Below, one piece after another: positions 48,842 to 58,501 of a DNA stretch of 64,000 nucleotides. Position 1 is the first letter of the stretch. Each line of letters opens with the position of its first letter. Both the position numbers and the translations under genes were made by a program. The notes beneath the pieces are model-generated. The model was not told the DNA's origin. It was given only the letters and a program-made list of their open reading frames with translations, and searched no databases. Where the stretch lies: the NCBI GenBank assembly GCA_963729605.1, contig CAVSNY010000004.1:224001-288000 (forward strand), written 5' to 3'. This stretch comes from an uncultured Gammaproteobacteria bacterium (GTDB lineage: Bacteria > Pseudomonadota > Gammaproteobacteria > DRLM01).

Positions 48842-49722
48842 AAATCCTCATTGCCGAAGATGAAGAATTGATGCGGCTGTGGCTGGAAACGGTGTTGGGC
48901 ATGTGGGGCTACGAATGTATCTCCTACACCGACGGTGAACAGGCCTGGCGGGTTTTGCAGCAACCGGAAGCGCCGCAGCTCGCGATTATCGATTGGGAAA
49001 TGCCGAAACTGGACGGCATCGAAGTCTGCCGCCGGGTGCGGGCCGATCCGGATATGCGCTACACCTATATCATCATGCTGACCGGAAAATCGGAAACCGC
49101 CGATATCGTCGAAGCCCTGCAGGCCGGCGCCGACGATTTTATCGTCAAACCCTGTCACCCCGAGGAACTCAAGGTCAGATTGCGGGCGGGTTCCCGGATC
49201 ATACAATTGCAGGAAGAGCTGTTGCTCAAGGCCAGCCATGATCAACTCACCGGGATTTTTAATCGCGGGATGCTGATGGAGCTGGCCGCGCGCGAGCTGG
49301 ACCGCACCACGCGCACCAAGGCGCCGCTGTCGCTGCTGTTGCTGGACATCGATTTTTTCAAACATATTAACGATCGTTACGGCCATCAGGCCGGCGATGC
49401 GGTGTTGCGGGAAACGGCGCTGTGCATCAAATCCGATTTGCGCGGCATCGATATCGCCGGCCGTTATGGCGGCGAAGAATTCATGGTCGTCCTGCCGCAC
49501 TGCGACACCCAGGCGGCATTCCATGTCGCGGAGCGTTTGCGGACTAAGCTCACGGCGCATTCGATCGTTTATGCCGGCACCGCGCTGAAGATTACCGTCA
49601 GTATCGGCGTGGCCAGCGGGGCAGCCCCTGCCGTGGGTTTGGAAGACTTGGTCCGCGAGGCCGACCGCGCGCTCTATCGAGCCAAAAATGCCGGCCGCAA
49701 TCGCGTCGAAGTGGCTGGCTGA
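48838..49722 (+). CDS. REC-GGDEF diguanylate cyclase
   Basis: REC (AEDE, IDWEMP, KP); RGID I-site plus GGEEF; overlaps the kinase stop. Confidence 0.95.
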   Translation: MKILIAEDEELMRLWLETVLGMWGYECISYTDGEQAWRVLQQPEAPQLAIIDWEMPKLDGIEVCRRVRADPDMRYTYIIMLTGKSETADIVEALQAGADDFIVKPCHPEELKVRLRAGSRIIQLQEELLLKASHDQLTGIFNRGMLMELAARELDRTTRTKAPLSLLLLDIDFFKHINDRYGHQAGDAVLRETALCIKSDLRGIDIAGRYGGEEFMVVLPHCDTQAAFHVAERLRTKLTAHSIVYAGTALKITVSIGVASGAAPAVGLEDLVREADRALYRAKNAGRNRVEVAG

Positions 49723-49782
49723 ATTAAAAACCCGGCGCGGCCTTGCACCCGCCGTTCGATTTTTAAAGCTGGGTTGTCATCG

Positions 49783-49825
49783 TTTAGATCTTAAATTCCC
49801 CCGTGCGCCGTCAGACCCGTTTAAT
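49783..49825 (+). repeat. Repeat family B, fused ends only
   Basis: TTTAGATCTTAAATTCCC joined to CCGTGCGCCGTCAGACCCGTTTAAT, i.e. both termini of the 7785-7920 copy. Confidence 0.5.
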
Positions 49826-49990
49826 CGCCCATTTCCAAAAAATGGATTCCGGCCTCCTTGACCCACTCTGGCGCATGAACCGAGCCGCAGCGAAGCGCGT
49901 GAGCGCCGTGCCTTGTCTTTTACGCGGGAAGGATTACTCTGTTCGGGTGAACTCGCGAGTGCGCGGGAAAATAAACCGGGAGGATGGATC

Positions 49991-50626
49991 GTGGCTAAAG
50001 AAATCGTGCGGGGAAAAGCGGCGGTCATTCACTTCGACGGCGCGCTGTGCATTCACGCCCGCCACTGCGTATTGTCGCGGCCGGATGTCTTCGTGCCGAA
50101 TGTGAAGGGGGAGTGGATCCATCCCGATGCCGCCTTGCCTGAAGAAGTGGCGGACTTGGCCATGCATTGTCCGTCCGGGGCGATCCGTTATGAGCGCCTG
50201 GACGGCGGGCCGCAGGAACGGCCTCCCTTGGTGAATACCGTACGGGTCCGGGAAAACGGGCCGCTGGCGATACACGCCGATGTGGCCATCAACGGAGTCG
50301 AATCCGGTTATCGGGTCACCTTATGCCGCTGCGGCGCCTCCAAGAACAAGCCGTTTTGCGACGGCAGCCATGGGCCGGCGGCCTTTGCCGCAACCGGCGA
50401 ACCGCCTTCCGTCGAGGCCGCGACGCTGCAACGGCGCGATGGGCCGTTAAATGTTCAAACCACCGCCAATGGGCCATTGCATGTGAGCGGCAACCTGGAA
50501 TTGGTGAGCGGTACCGGCCGCATGCTGAACAAAATGTCCGAAGCCTGGCTGTGTCGCTGCGGGCAGTCTAAGAACAAACCTTATTGCGACGGCAGTCATA
50601 CCGCCAGCGGTTTTGTCGCCGAGTGA
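49991..50626 (+). CDS. Divergent 4Fe-4S (Fer4_19-like) plus two CDGSH iron-sulfur domains
   Basis: CIHARHC...CPSGA; LCRCGASKNKPFCDGSH and LCRCGQSKNKPYCDGSH; GTG start with GGAGG RBS. Confidence 0.9.
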   Translation: MAKEIVRGKAAVIHFDGALCIHARHCVLSRPDVFVPNVKGEWIHPDAALPEEVADLAMHCPSGAIRYERLDGGPQERPPLVNTVRVRENGPLAIHADVAINGVESGYRVTLCRCGASKNKPFCDGSHGPAAFAATGEPPSVEAATLQRRDGPLNVQTTANGPLHVSGNLELVSGTGRMLNKMSEAWLCRCGQSKNKPYCDGSHTASGFVAE

Positions 50627-51223
50627 TTAACAATAAGTGGGGAAAACCACCTTCATCGGCGAAGACGTCATCAAATGTGATTTCTAAAAATGAATCACCG
50701 CGTATTTTTTGAACACGCTCTTCGTTCTCGGCGCCCTCCCCCTAGCGGAGAGGACGGCCATTATTTTGCAAGAACGCCTTCCTCCTTTTCATTCTTTCCC
50801 ACCCTGACGGCTGCGACCCCTCGCCGCACTCTCCCCGCTCGTGGAAGAAGGAATGTGTTCTGAGATTTTTTGTATTAAACAGATCAGTTTGACGACTCGG
50901 CTATTCAATCGCTCGCAGAATCGCAACAGGGCCTCAAGCCCGTTGAGGGCCCTCGGAAAAATAATCCATCGTCGTGGTTATCACGCCCGCCCCCTATTTT
51001 CAAAATCGATTTGAGGGGGTTCTGAATGCCGCTTATTATCAGCGCCTTATTTAAGCATCATCCTGCAATGAGCCCCGCGCTGCATGGTCACACCGGTTTC
51101 CGGTCTCGGTTCCGGGTGAGCGGCGGGAGCGGCGAAGAGGACTTCCCTGGCGCGCCGGGTTGGCCGGACCGGTGTGTTCACGACGGTTGCCGGCAGGGTG
51201 GGATCTCCTCCATTAAATTTACA

Positions 51224-51253
51224 TTGAAATTAAAAATGATTCTCATTTAGAAT
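51224..51253 (+). promoter_or_regulatory. Sigma-70 promoter overlapped by a Fur box
   Basis: TTGAAA-N18-TAGAAT enclosing AAAATGATTCTCATTT; upstream of hemP-tonB-exbBD. Confidence 0.75.
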
Positions 51254-51408
51254 GTGGCAATGTGCTTTAAGCGTATTAGCCAGCTAACTGGTGTCGCCGT
51301 CTCATTAGCCCGCATAGAAGAGAACTGTCAGGAGAGCCCAATGGATTTTGCCGGACCATTTCACAGCGGAATCCCTCGTCGCCGCGGGATTCCCGTGAGG
51401 TCGCGGTC

Positions 51409-51588
51409 ATGAATCCGCCGCGTATCGACAAGCCCGAGACCGGGTTCCCCGCCCGGGTCCCGGCGCAGACCCCGGTATATGAGAGTAGCCAATTGTTCGG
51501 CGCGGGTCGGGAGATTCTTATCCGTCACGCCGGCGAGCTTTATCGCCTGCGGATCACCCGTCTGAACAAACTGATACTCACCAAGTGA
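51409..51588 (+). CDS. hemP: Hemin uptake protein HemP (59 aa, not in ORF track)
   Basis: ...YESSQLFGAGREILIRHAGELYRLRITRLNKLILTK*, the HemP signature. Confidence 0.9.
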   Translation: MNPPRIDKPETGFPARVPAQTPVYESSQLFGAGREILIRHAGELYRLRITRLNKLILTK

Positions 51589-51596
51589 GCGCAAGC

Positions 51597-52280
51597 ATGG
51601 CCGCTTCCACATCGCCTTTCATGGCCTCCCGCATGCGGCGCGGCGACTGGGCGATCTTGGCCGCGGTCATCGCCCTGCATGGCCTGGTATTCGGCCTGCT
51701 GTGGTGGTTGCCGTCGCCGCCGCCCGAGCCGTTGTGGCGTCCGGCGCTGGTCGCCGCTCTGATACAGCCCGAGGCCCCCGCGCCGGTCATCATCCCGCCT
51801 AAACCCCTGCCGGCGAAGCCGCGGCCGGTGGTGCAGCCCACGCCCACCCCGCCTGTGCTGGCCGCGCCGGAAATCTCCCCGGCCCCCGAACGTGTGCTGG
51901 TCCCCGCGCCGGTCGAAGAACCGCCGACCCCGGCGCCGCCGGAACCTGCCCCGATCATCGCGGCGCCACCCGCGCCGGCGGTTGAGCCGGTGGCGGTCAT
52001 CCCGCCGCGTTTCGACGCGGATTATCTCGACAACCCCGCGCCGCCGTACCCGCTGTTGTCCAAGCGCCTGCGTGAGGAGGGGACCGTGCTGGTACGGGTC
52101 TACGTCGAGGCCAACGGCTTGCCGGCGCTCGTCGAGCTGAAAAATTCCAGCGGCTATCGGCGCCTCGACGACGTCGCGCTCGCCACGGTGCAGCAATGGC
52201 GCTTCGTCCCGGCGCGGCAGGGCAGCGCGCCGGTCGCGGGCTGGGTCATCGTTCCCATTTCATTTAGTTTGAGGAGTTGA
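51597..52280 (+). CDS. tonB: Energy transducer TonB
   Basis: TM with ALH, Pro-rich linker, NPAPPYP...EEGTV, SSG..RLD..A, WRF. Confidence 0.93.
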   Translation: MAASTSPFMASRMRRGDWAILAAVIALHGLVFGLLWWLPSPPPEPLWRPALVAALIQPEAPAPVIIPPKPLPAKPRPVVQPTPTPPVLAAPEISPAPERVLVPAPVEEPPTPAPPEPAPIIAAPPAPAVEPVAVIPPRFDADYLDNPAPPYPLLSKRLREEGTVLVRVYVEANGLPALVELKNSSGYRRLDDVALATVQQWRFVPARQGSAPVAGWVIVPISFSLRS

Positions 52281-52283
52281 AGT

Positions 52284-53009
52284 ATGGAGTCACCGTTGGG
52301 CATTACCCATTTTCTCACCCAGAGCGACGGCGTCGCGCGCTTTTTGCTGGCCGTTTTGATCGTGATGTCCATCGCCACCTGGTATCTCATCGTCATCAAG
52401 GCCTACCGCTATTGGCAAATGCGCAATCACAGTGCGCGTTTTCTTTCCTATTTCTGGCAGGCCGCCGACTTCGACCAGGTGAGCAAGTATCTGCGCGACA
52501 CCGGCGTGCACGATCCGTTTTCGCACCTCACCCACCACGGCCTGCGCGCCGCCGAGCAGTACCGCAAGCGCGACGGCAGCCGCATGATCGAGTCGGGTTC
52601 CGCCGATGAATTTCTCACCCGTGCCCTGCGCCGCGCCATCGAGCAGGACACCGCCCGCCTCGAATACGGCTTGACCGTGCTGGCGTCGGTGGCGTCCTCG
52701 GCGCCGTTCGTCGGCCTGTTCGGCACGGTGTGGGGCATTTATCACGCGCTGCTCGCCATCGGCATGTCCGGCCAGAGCGGCCTCGATCAAATCGCCGGCC
52801 CGGTCGGCGAGGCCTTGATCATGACCGCGCTCGGCCTCGCGGTCGCGATACCCGCGGTGCTGGCCTACAACGCCTTCAACCGTTCGAATCGGCTGATCCT
52901 CGCCGAGCTCGACGGCTTCGCCCACGACTTTTTCGCCTTTATGTCCACCGGCATCCGCACCGACCATCGCGTGTCGACGGCCGATGCGCCTTTAGCGAGG
53001 GGCGTGTAA
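52284..53009 (+). CDS. exbB: ExbB (MotA/TolQ/ExbB family)
   Basis: APFVGLFGTVWGI, GEALIMTALGLAVAIPAV. Confidence 0.93.
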   Translation: MESPLGITHFLTQSDGVARFLLAVLIVMSIATWYLIVIKAYRYWQMRNHSARFLSYFWQAADFDQVSKYLRDTGVHDPFSHLTHHGLRAAEQYRKRDGSRMIESGSADEFLTRALRRAIEQDTARLEYGLTVLASVASSAPFVGLFGTVWGIYHALLAIGMSGQSGLDQIAGPVGEALIMTALGLAVAIPAVLAYNAFNRSNRLILAELDGFAHDFFAFMSTGIRTDHRVSTADAPLARGV

Positions 53010-53431
53010 TGGCCTTCGGCGGATTTACCAAAGGCCAGACCGGCCAGCCGATGGCGGAGATCAATATGATTCCGCTGATCGACGTGATGCTGGTGTTGCT
53101 GGTGATTTTCATGATCACCGCGCCGCTGTTGAGCCACGCGGTGAAGATCGACCTGCCCAAGGCCTCGAGCTCGCTCAATGTCGTCAAGCCCGAAAATATT
53201 CATCTGAGCTTGGATGCGGAGGGACAAGTCTATTGGAACGATCAACCGGTCGAACCGGCGGAATGGCGCAGCCGCATGGCCGAGGCCGCCAAACAACAAC
53301 CGCAACCCGAGGTGCAGATCCGCGCCGACGGCGAACTCGCCTATCGCAAAGTGGTGCAGGTGATGTCCGACGCGGCGCAGGCCGGGCTCACCCATTTGGG
53401 TTTCGTCACCGACCCGCGTGATGCGCCGTGA
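53009..53431 (+). CDS. exbD: ExbD biopolymer transporter
   Basis: EINMIPLIDVMLVLLVIFMITAP; start re-called at ATG 53009 overlapping the exbB stop. Confidence 0.93.
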   Translation: MAFGGFTKGQTGQPMAEINMIPLIDVMLVLLVIFMITAPLLSHAVKIDLPKASSSLNVVKPENIHLSLDAEGQVYWNDQPVEPAEWRSRMAEAAKQQPQPEVQIRADGELAYRKVVQVMSDAAQAGLTHLGFVTDPRDAP

Positions 53432-53599
53432 ACATGTCCTGATACTCAAAGAGTCCGTGTATGTCGCTGAGCGGTCCGTCCGCCGAGGTGTAAATGCAAA
53501 TGAATTAATCGAAATCAATGAGCCAGCCCGCCTGTTTTCAACTCGCCAGCCCGCCACAAGCAAGGCCTATCAGCCTATCAATAGAAGAGGAGCGAGCGA

Positions 53600-55855
53600 G
53601 TGAAAAGAAAACCATCCATACAACGGCGCAAAGCCAAGCAAACAGCGCCGGCGGCGCCGATGACGAGTGTTTTGCCTTTGGGGGCGATGATGTTGGCCGG
53701 CCTGTCGTTGACGGCCTACGCGGAAGAACCCGCCGCCGTGTCGCAGGACGAACAGGTGATGTCGGCCGTCAAGGTGCAGGCCGACGGCGAGATTCCGCAG
53801 GACGGTTATCAAGGCACCAGCACCCGGGTGGGCAAGGTGCTGCAAAATCCCCATGACGTGCCGCAGGCCGTGACCACCGTCACCCGCACCCTTATGGACG
53901 AGCAGAAGGCCAGCTCGCTGCGCGAGGCGCTGCGCAACGTCTCCGGCCTGACCTTCAACGCGGCGGAGGGCGGCCGCTCCGGCGACAACATGATGCTGCG
54001 CGGTTTTTACACCTTCGGCGACATCTATCTCGATGGCATCCGCGACACCGCGCAATACAATCGTGAGGTATTCAACCTGGAGCAGGTGGACGTGCTGCGC
54101 GGCGCGGCGGCGATGTTGTTCGGCCGCGGTCAGGCCGGCGGTGTCATCAATCAGGTCAGCAAGACACCCTTCCTCGCCGACCGCGGCAAGGTCGGCGCCG
54201 CGGTCGGCACCGACGATTATTACCAGCTCACCGGCGATTTCAACCAGCGTCTGGGTGAGACCACTGCGCTGCGTCTCAACGTGATGAAACGTGACGAAGG
54301 CAGCTGGCGCGGCAACCCGGCGAGCGGCGACGGGCCCGATATCCATCGTGACGGCATCGCGCCCAGCATCGGCTTCGGTCTCGGCACCGACAACGAATTC
54401 ATCCTCAGCCACGTCCTAACCCGTACCGACGATATTCCGGATTACGGCATCAGATTCAACACGGACACGCGTAAGCCGAGCACCAACTTTCCCGCGAGCA
54501 CCTTCTGGGGCACCGATCGCCACTTCGACGAAAGCGAGACCAACATCTCGACCGCGACTTATACCCATCACTTATCGCCCCGCAGTGCATGGCGCACCCA
54601 ACTGCGTTATGGCGATTATGAACGCAGCTATTGGGCGAGGACGCCGAGCGCGACCGATGCCCCCAATGCGCAAGGCACCGTGCTGGGCGGCAACGGCGCG
54701 CCGAACGGCGGCCCGACCCGCGCCATGGAATATAAGACGGTGACCCTCCAGACGGACTTCAACAACGCGTTCCAGGCCTTGGGCATGCAGCACGAATTCC
54801 TGGTGGGCGCCGAATATTTGAAGGAAGACAGCTTCCGCCACAGTCTACAAAACTTGGGAGGCACCACCGTCGATAATCCGCCTTTCTTCCTGCCCTATCA
54901 GATTAACAGCGCGGGTACGCCGGTCGAGTTCGACGCCAATTCCTACGCCTTGTACGCGCAGGATACCGTGGAGTTCATCCCCAAATGGAAGGCCACGCTG
55001 GGCGCGCGCCGCGACGAGTTGGATGCGGATTTCTCCAGCACCACCTCGCCGCAGCTTTCCTACGGCGAATGGAGCACGCGCGCCGCGCTGTCATTCCACC
55101 CCGCGGACGAAACCCACTATTACGTGGCCTACAGCGATTCCTTCAGCCCGACCGCGGACCTCTATCAACTCACCGTCGTGCCGCAGCCGCCGGAACGCAG
55201 CCGAGTCCTGGAGCTGGGCACCAAGTGGATGCTGTTCGACGGTGATTTGGCGGTACGTGCCGCAGTCTATCGTGCCGAGAAGGAATGGGAACGCAACAAC
55301 GATCTCGAATCCACCGCGGCCATCTTGACCAAGGAACGCCGCACCGATGGCGTGGAACTCGAACTCGCCGGACGCGTCACCGACAAGTGGGAGGTCTTCT
55401 CCGGACTGGCCTTGATGGATTCGGAGATTTTGGAAGTGGCCGAGAACGTCAACCCCAACACCGGGGCGACCACGGTCGGCAATCCCGGTTATAAAGGTCA
55501 GCGCGCGCGCAATACCCCGCCCTACACGTTCAACGTGTGGACGACCTATAAATTGGTCGGCGGCTGGAAGATCGGCGGCGGTGCCGAGGCCAAGGGTGAA
55601 CGTTACGGCTACAACCCGAGCGGCGCGGGCGCGATACCGACCTTGCCGAACCAGACCGCGTTCCACCCCAACACCGCCCCGGCCTATGTGCGCTGGGATG
55701 CGATGCTGGCCTACGAACAGCGTAAATATGCGTTGACCTTGAACGTGCAGAATTTGTTCGACGAGGTCTACTACGACGCCCTGTACGACAACGGCACCCT
55801 GGTCGTGCCGGGTCAGGGACGCAGGCTGATCGTGTCCGGCGAGTACAAGTTCTAA
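53600..55855 (+). CDS. TonB-dependent siderophore receptor (Fiu/PiuA-like)
   Basis: Plug domain (PQAVTTV, LREALRNVSG, RGF, GGVINQVSK), NVQNLFD, C-terminal YKF; followed by a piuC-like gene. Confidence 0.92.
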   Translation: MKRKPSIQRRKAKQTAPAAPMTSVLPLGAMMLAGLSLTAYAEEPAAVSQDEQVMSAVKVQADGEIPQDGYQGTSTRVGKVLQNPHDVPQAVTTVTRTLMDEQKASSLREALRNVSGLTFNAAEGGRSGDNMMLRGFYTFGDIYLDGIRDTAQYNREVFNLEQVDVLRGAAAMLFGRGQAGGVINQVSKTPFLADRGKVGAAVGTDDYYQLTGDFNQRLGETTALRLNVMKRDEGSWRGNPASGDGPDIHRDGIAPSIGFGLGTDNEFILSHVLTRTDDIPDYGIRFNTDTRKPSTNFPASTFWGTDRHFDESETNISTATYTHHLSPRSAWRTQLRYGDYERSYWARTPSATDAPNAQGTVLGGNGAPNGGPTRAMEYKTVTLQTDFNNAFQALGMQHEFLVGAEYLKEDSFRHSLQNLGGTTVDNPPFFLPYQINSAGTPVEFDANSYALYAQDTVEFIPKWKATLGARRDELDADFSSTTSPQLSYGEWSTRAALSFHPADETHYYVAYSDSFSPTADLYQLTVVPQPPERSRVLELGTKWMLFDGDLAVRAAVYRAEKEWERNNDLESTAAILTKERRTDGVELELAGRVTDKWEVFSGLALMDSEILEVAENVNPNTGATTVGNPGYKGQRARNTPPYTFNVWTTYKLVGGWKIGGGAEAKGERYGYNPSGAGAIPTLPNQTAFHPNTAPAYVRWDAMLAYEQRKYALTLNVQNLFDEVYYDALYDNGTLVVPGQGRRLIVSGEYKF

Positions 55856-55861
55856 GCGTGT

Positions 55862-55977
55862 GCTGCTGGCACAGGGACGTGCTGGCGCCGTTCAAATGTG
55901 TTTGAACGACAGGTAAAGCGAGTTTTTTGCTTTGCAATCTGAAAAAGTCCAGGATGGGTTTTTCAGGAATTATTTAA
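55862..55977 (+). repeat. Highly degenerate MITE family A remnant
   Basis: CTGAAAAAGTCCAGGATGGGTTTTTCAG...TTAA and residual hairpins resemble the right half of copy 1. Confidence 0.4.
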
Positions 55978-56050
55978 GCAAGCCGAGCGCACCGGCGTTC
56001 CGCAGGGGCGGGGCGAAGGTGGCGCGGTGCGGTATCAAGGAGTGTTGGTC

Positions 56051-56734
56051 ATGCTCATCACCATCGACGAGGTGTTGACAGCCGCGGAACTCGCGGCCAT
56101 GCGGGATTTGCTGAAGCGTTCGCGGTGGGCGCACGGTGAGATCACCGCCGGCACCCAATCGGCCAAGGTGAAAAACAACCAGCAGTTGGCCGAGGATGCC
56201 GAGCATTTACCGGCGTTGCGCCGGATGGTGCTGAGTGCCTTGAATCGCAATCCGCTGTTCTTCACCGCGGTGTTGCCGCGGCGGATATTTCCACCGCTGT
56301 TTAATCGTTACGGAGGAGAAGCCAACTCCTTCGGCAACCATATCGACAATGCCATGCGGCCGCTACCCGACGGCAGCGATTACCTTCGCACCGATGTCTC
56401 CGCCACCTTGTTTCTCGCCGAAGCGGATGAATACGACGGCGGTGAATTGGTGATCGAAGATACCTTCGGTACCCATGGAGTCAAACCCGCGGCCGGCAGC
56501 ATGGTGGTGTATGACGCGTCGTCCGTCCATCAAGTCACGCCGGTCACGCGCGGACAGCGGCTGGCCTGTTTCATGTGGATGCAAAGCATGGTGCGCGACC
56601 CCGGTCGGCGCCGTTTGCTGTATGAAATGGATATGGCCTTGTTACAGCTGCGCCAAACGCACGGCGACACCGACCCGGTCATCCGCCTCACCGGCACCTA
56701 CCATAATTTGTTGCGGAGCTGGGCGGAGATCTGA
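56051..56734 (+). CDS. piuC: PKHD-type Fe(II)/2OG dioxygenase (PiuC/YbiX)
   Basis: TAG.Q...[51 protein letters not shown]. Confidence 0.92.
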   Translation: MLITIDEVLTAAELAAMRDLLKRSRWAHGEITAGTQSAKVKNNQQLAEDAEHLPALRRMVLSALNRNPLFFTAVLPRRIFPPLFNRYGGEANSFGNHIDNAMRPLPDGSDYLRTDVSATLFLAEADEYDGGELVIEDTFGTHGVKPAAGSMVVYDASSVHQVTPVTRGQRLACFMWMQSMVRDPGRRRLLYEMDMALLQLRQTHGDTDPVIRLTGTYHNLLRSWAEI

Positions 56735-57102
56735 TCTAACCTCAGCTGCTGACCGGCGATCCACAGGGTAGTGGAGAAACGTCGGGGTGAAAATCCGGCG
56801 TCAGATGCACCCGTTGGTGTTCGCCGCCCGACAGGCTGGGATAACGGCGGGTCGCGAGATGGGTCACGCCCGCCATGGCCATAGTCTCGGCGGATGGCCC
56901 GATCGGGAAAAATCCCTTACTGACGCAGTATTCAAAGACAAGACTATACTTTGACGAGCCGGGATTTAAATTGAAGCGGCGTGGATGAAGATCGCAGTGT
57001 GCCTGTCCGTCGCGCGGGGCTTGAAAATCAAGCCGCCGCGCGTAGCATGAATCCCACGGCGGGTGAATTTAAAATGATCCGCCATGACCCCGGAGGGCGC
57101 TG

Positions 57103-58050
57103 ATGAAATATAAAGATTACTACGCTATCTTGGGTGTCGAGCGCGGCGCCGAGCCCGCGGAGATCAAAAAGGCGTACCGCAAACTCGCGCGCAAATACCA
57201 TCCGGACGTCTCCAAGGAAAAGGGCGCGGAGGAAAGATTCAAGGAAATCGCCGAGGCCTATCAAACCCTCAAGGATCCGGAAAAACGCGCCGCCTACGAT
57301 CAATTGGGCAATTATCAGCCCGGTCAAGAATTCAAACCGCCGCCGGATTGGCGGCAGCAGTATAGCGATCAACCGTTTTCCTTCGATGATATCGATCTCT
57401 CCGATCTGTTCGCCGGCCTGCGTGGCGGCGGGCGGCGTGAACGCGGCAGTATGTCCGGCCAGGACTACGAGGTTTCGGTGCACCTCACGCTTGAAGAGGC
57501 CTATCGCGGCATCGAGGTAAATCTGGATTTGACCGTGCCCGAATACGATAAGCAGGGTTACGTGCACCGGGTGCCGCACGCCTTCAAGGCGCGTATCCCC
57601 AAAGGCGCCACCGACGGGCAACGTTTGCGCGTGGCGGGCAAGGGCGGCAAAGGATTGCACGGGGGGCGCGATGGCGATCTCTATCTCAACATCGTGCTGC
57701 ATCCCCATCCCCTGTTTCGCGTGAGTGGCCACGATTTGTATTTGGATTTGCCGCTCGCGCCCTGGGAGGCCGTGCTCGGCGCCACGCTGCAAGTGCCGAC
57801 ACCGGGTGGATCGGTACGGCTCAAGGTGCCGCCGGGTACGCGTGCCGGGCAACAATTGCGGCTGCCCAAACGTGGTCTGCCGCGCCCGCGCGGGGAAGCG
57901 GGCGACCTCTTCGCGATCGCGCAGATCGTCGTGCCCGGTGTAGTGAACGAACAGGAGCGGGCGCTATTTCAACAACTCGCCGACAACTCGGCGTTCAACC
58001 CGCGCGCGCATTTCGAACAGGAGGCAGGCCATGCGCATCGAACTGACTGA
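57103..58050 (+). CDS. cbpA: Curved-DNA-binding DnaJ homolog CbpA
   Basis: J domain (KDYY, YHPD), no Zn finger, DnaJ_C (GDLYL, PWEAVLG); followed by cbpM. Confidence 0.92.
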   Translation: MKYKDYYAILGVERGAEPAEIKKAYRKLARKYHPDVSKEKGAEERFKEIAEAYQTLKDPEKRAAYDQLGNYQPGQEFKPPPDWRQQYSDQPFSFDDIDLSDLFAGLRGGGRRERGSMSGQDYEVSVHLTLEEAYRGIEVNLDLTVPEYDKQGYVHRVPHAFKARIPKGATDGQRLRVAGKGGKGLHGGRDGDLYLNIVLHPHPLFRVSGHDLYLDLPLAPWEAVLGATLQVPTPGGSVRLKVPPGTRAGQQLRLPKRGLPRPRGEAGDLFAIAQIVVPGVVNEQERALFQQLADNSAFNPRAHFEQEAGHAHRTD

Positions 58051-58357
58051 GCTGCTCTGGCTGGATCAGCAGCGCGATTTTTCGCTGGTGGATATCGTTG
58101 AATTATCCGGATTGCCTGAAGCGGAGCTGCGCGCATTGGTGGAGTGCGGGGTCCTGGCGCCGGCCGATCCCGCCGCCGCGGAGTGGCGGTTCGGCGCCGA
58201 CTGCTTGTTGGCCGCCCGCGCCGCCTGTCGCTTGCGCGAGGATTTCGAACTCGATAGTCAGGGTTTGGCGGTGGCCTTGACGCTGATGGAACGGATTCAC
58301 GATCTCGAAAGGCAATTGGGCGAACTGCGCGCGCGATCGCCGCGGCGCATGGCTTGA
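58031..58357 (+). CDS. cbpM: Chaperone modulator CbpM (MerR_2-like)
   Basis: LVECGVL, RLREDFEL..GLAVALTLMERI; overlaps cbpA. Confidence 0.9.
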   Translation: MRIELTELLWLDQQRDFSLVDIVELSGLPEAELRALVECGVLAPADPAAAEWRFGADCLLAARAACRLREDFELDSQGLAVALTLMERIHDLERQLGELRARSPRRMA

Positions 58358-58501
58358 CCATGATTTATGGGAAGTGCCGATTCCTTTCCTCTTGAAATTT
58401 TCAGAATACAAAAACGCAATACGGAATTTTATTTCCCCGCATTTTCGATAGCGCTACATCCGTGCCGCAGGAATTCTCGATTGATATGGATGTTGCGGCG
58501 T

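Noticed and set aside
50730-50855. CCCTCCCC...GGAGAGG-type palindromes (also ~27010 and ~60965)
   Set aside because: Too degenerate to define a family from this window
57020-57060. Possible sigma-32 promoter for cbpA (CTTGAAA)
   Set aside because: No CCCCAT-like -10 at a suitable spacing
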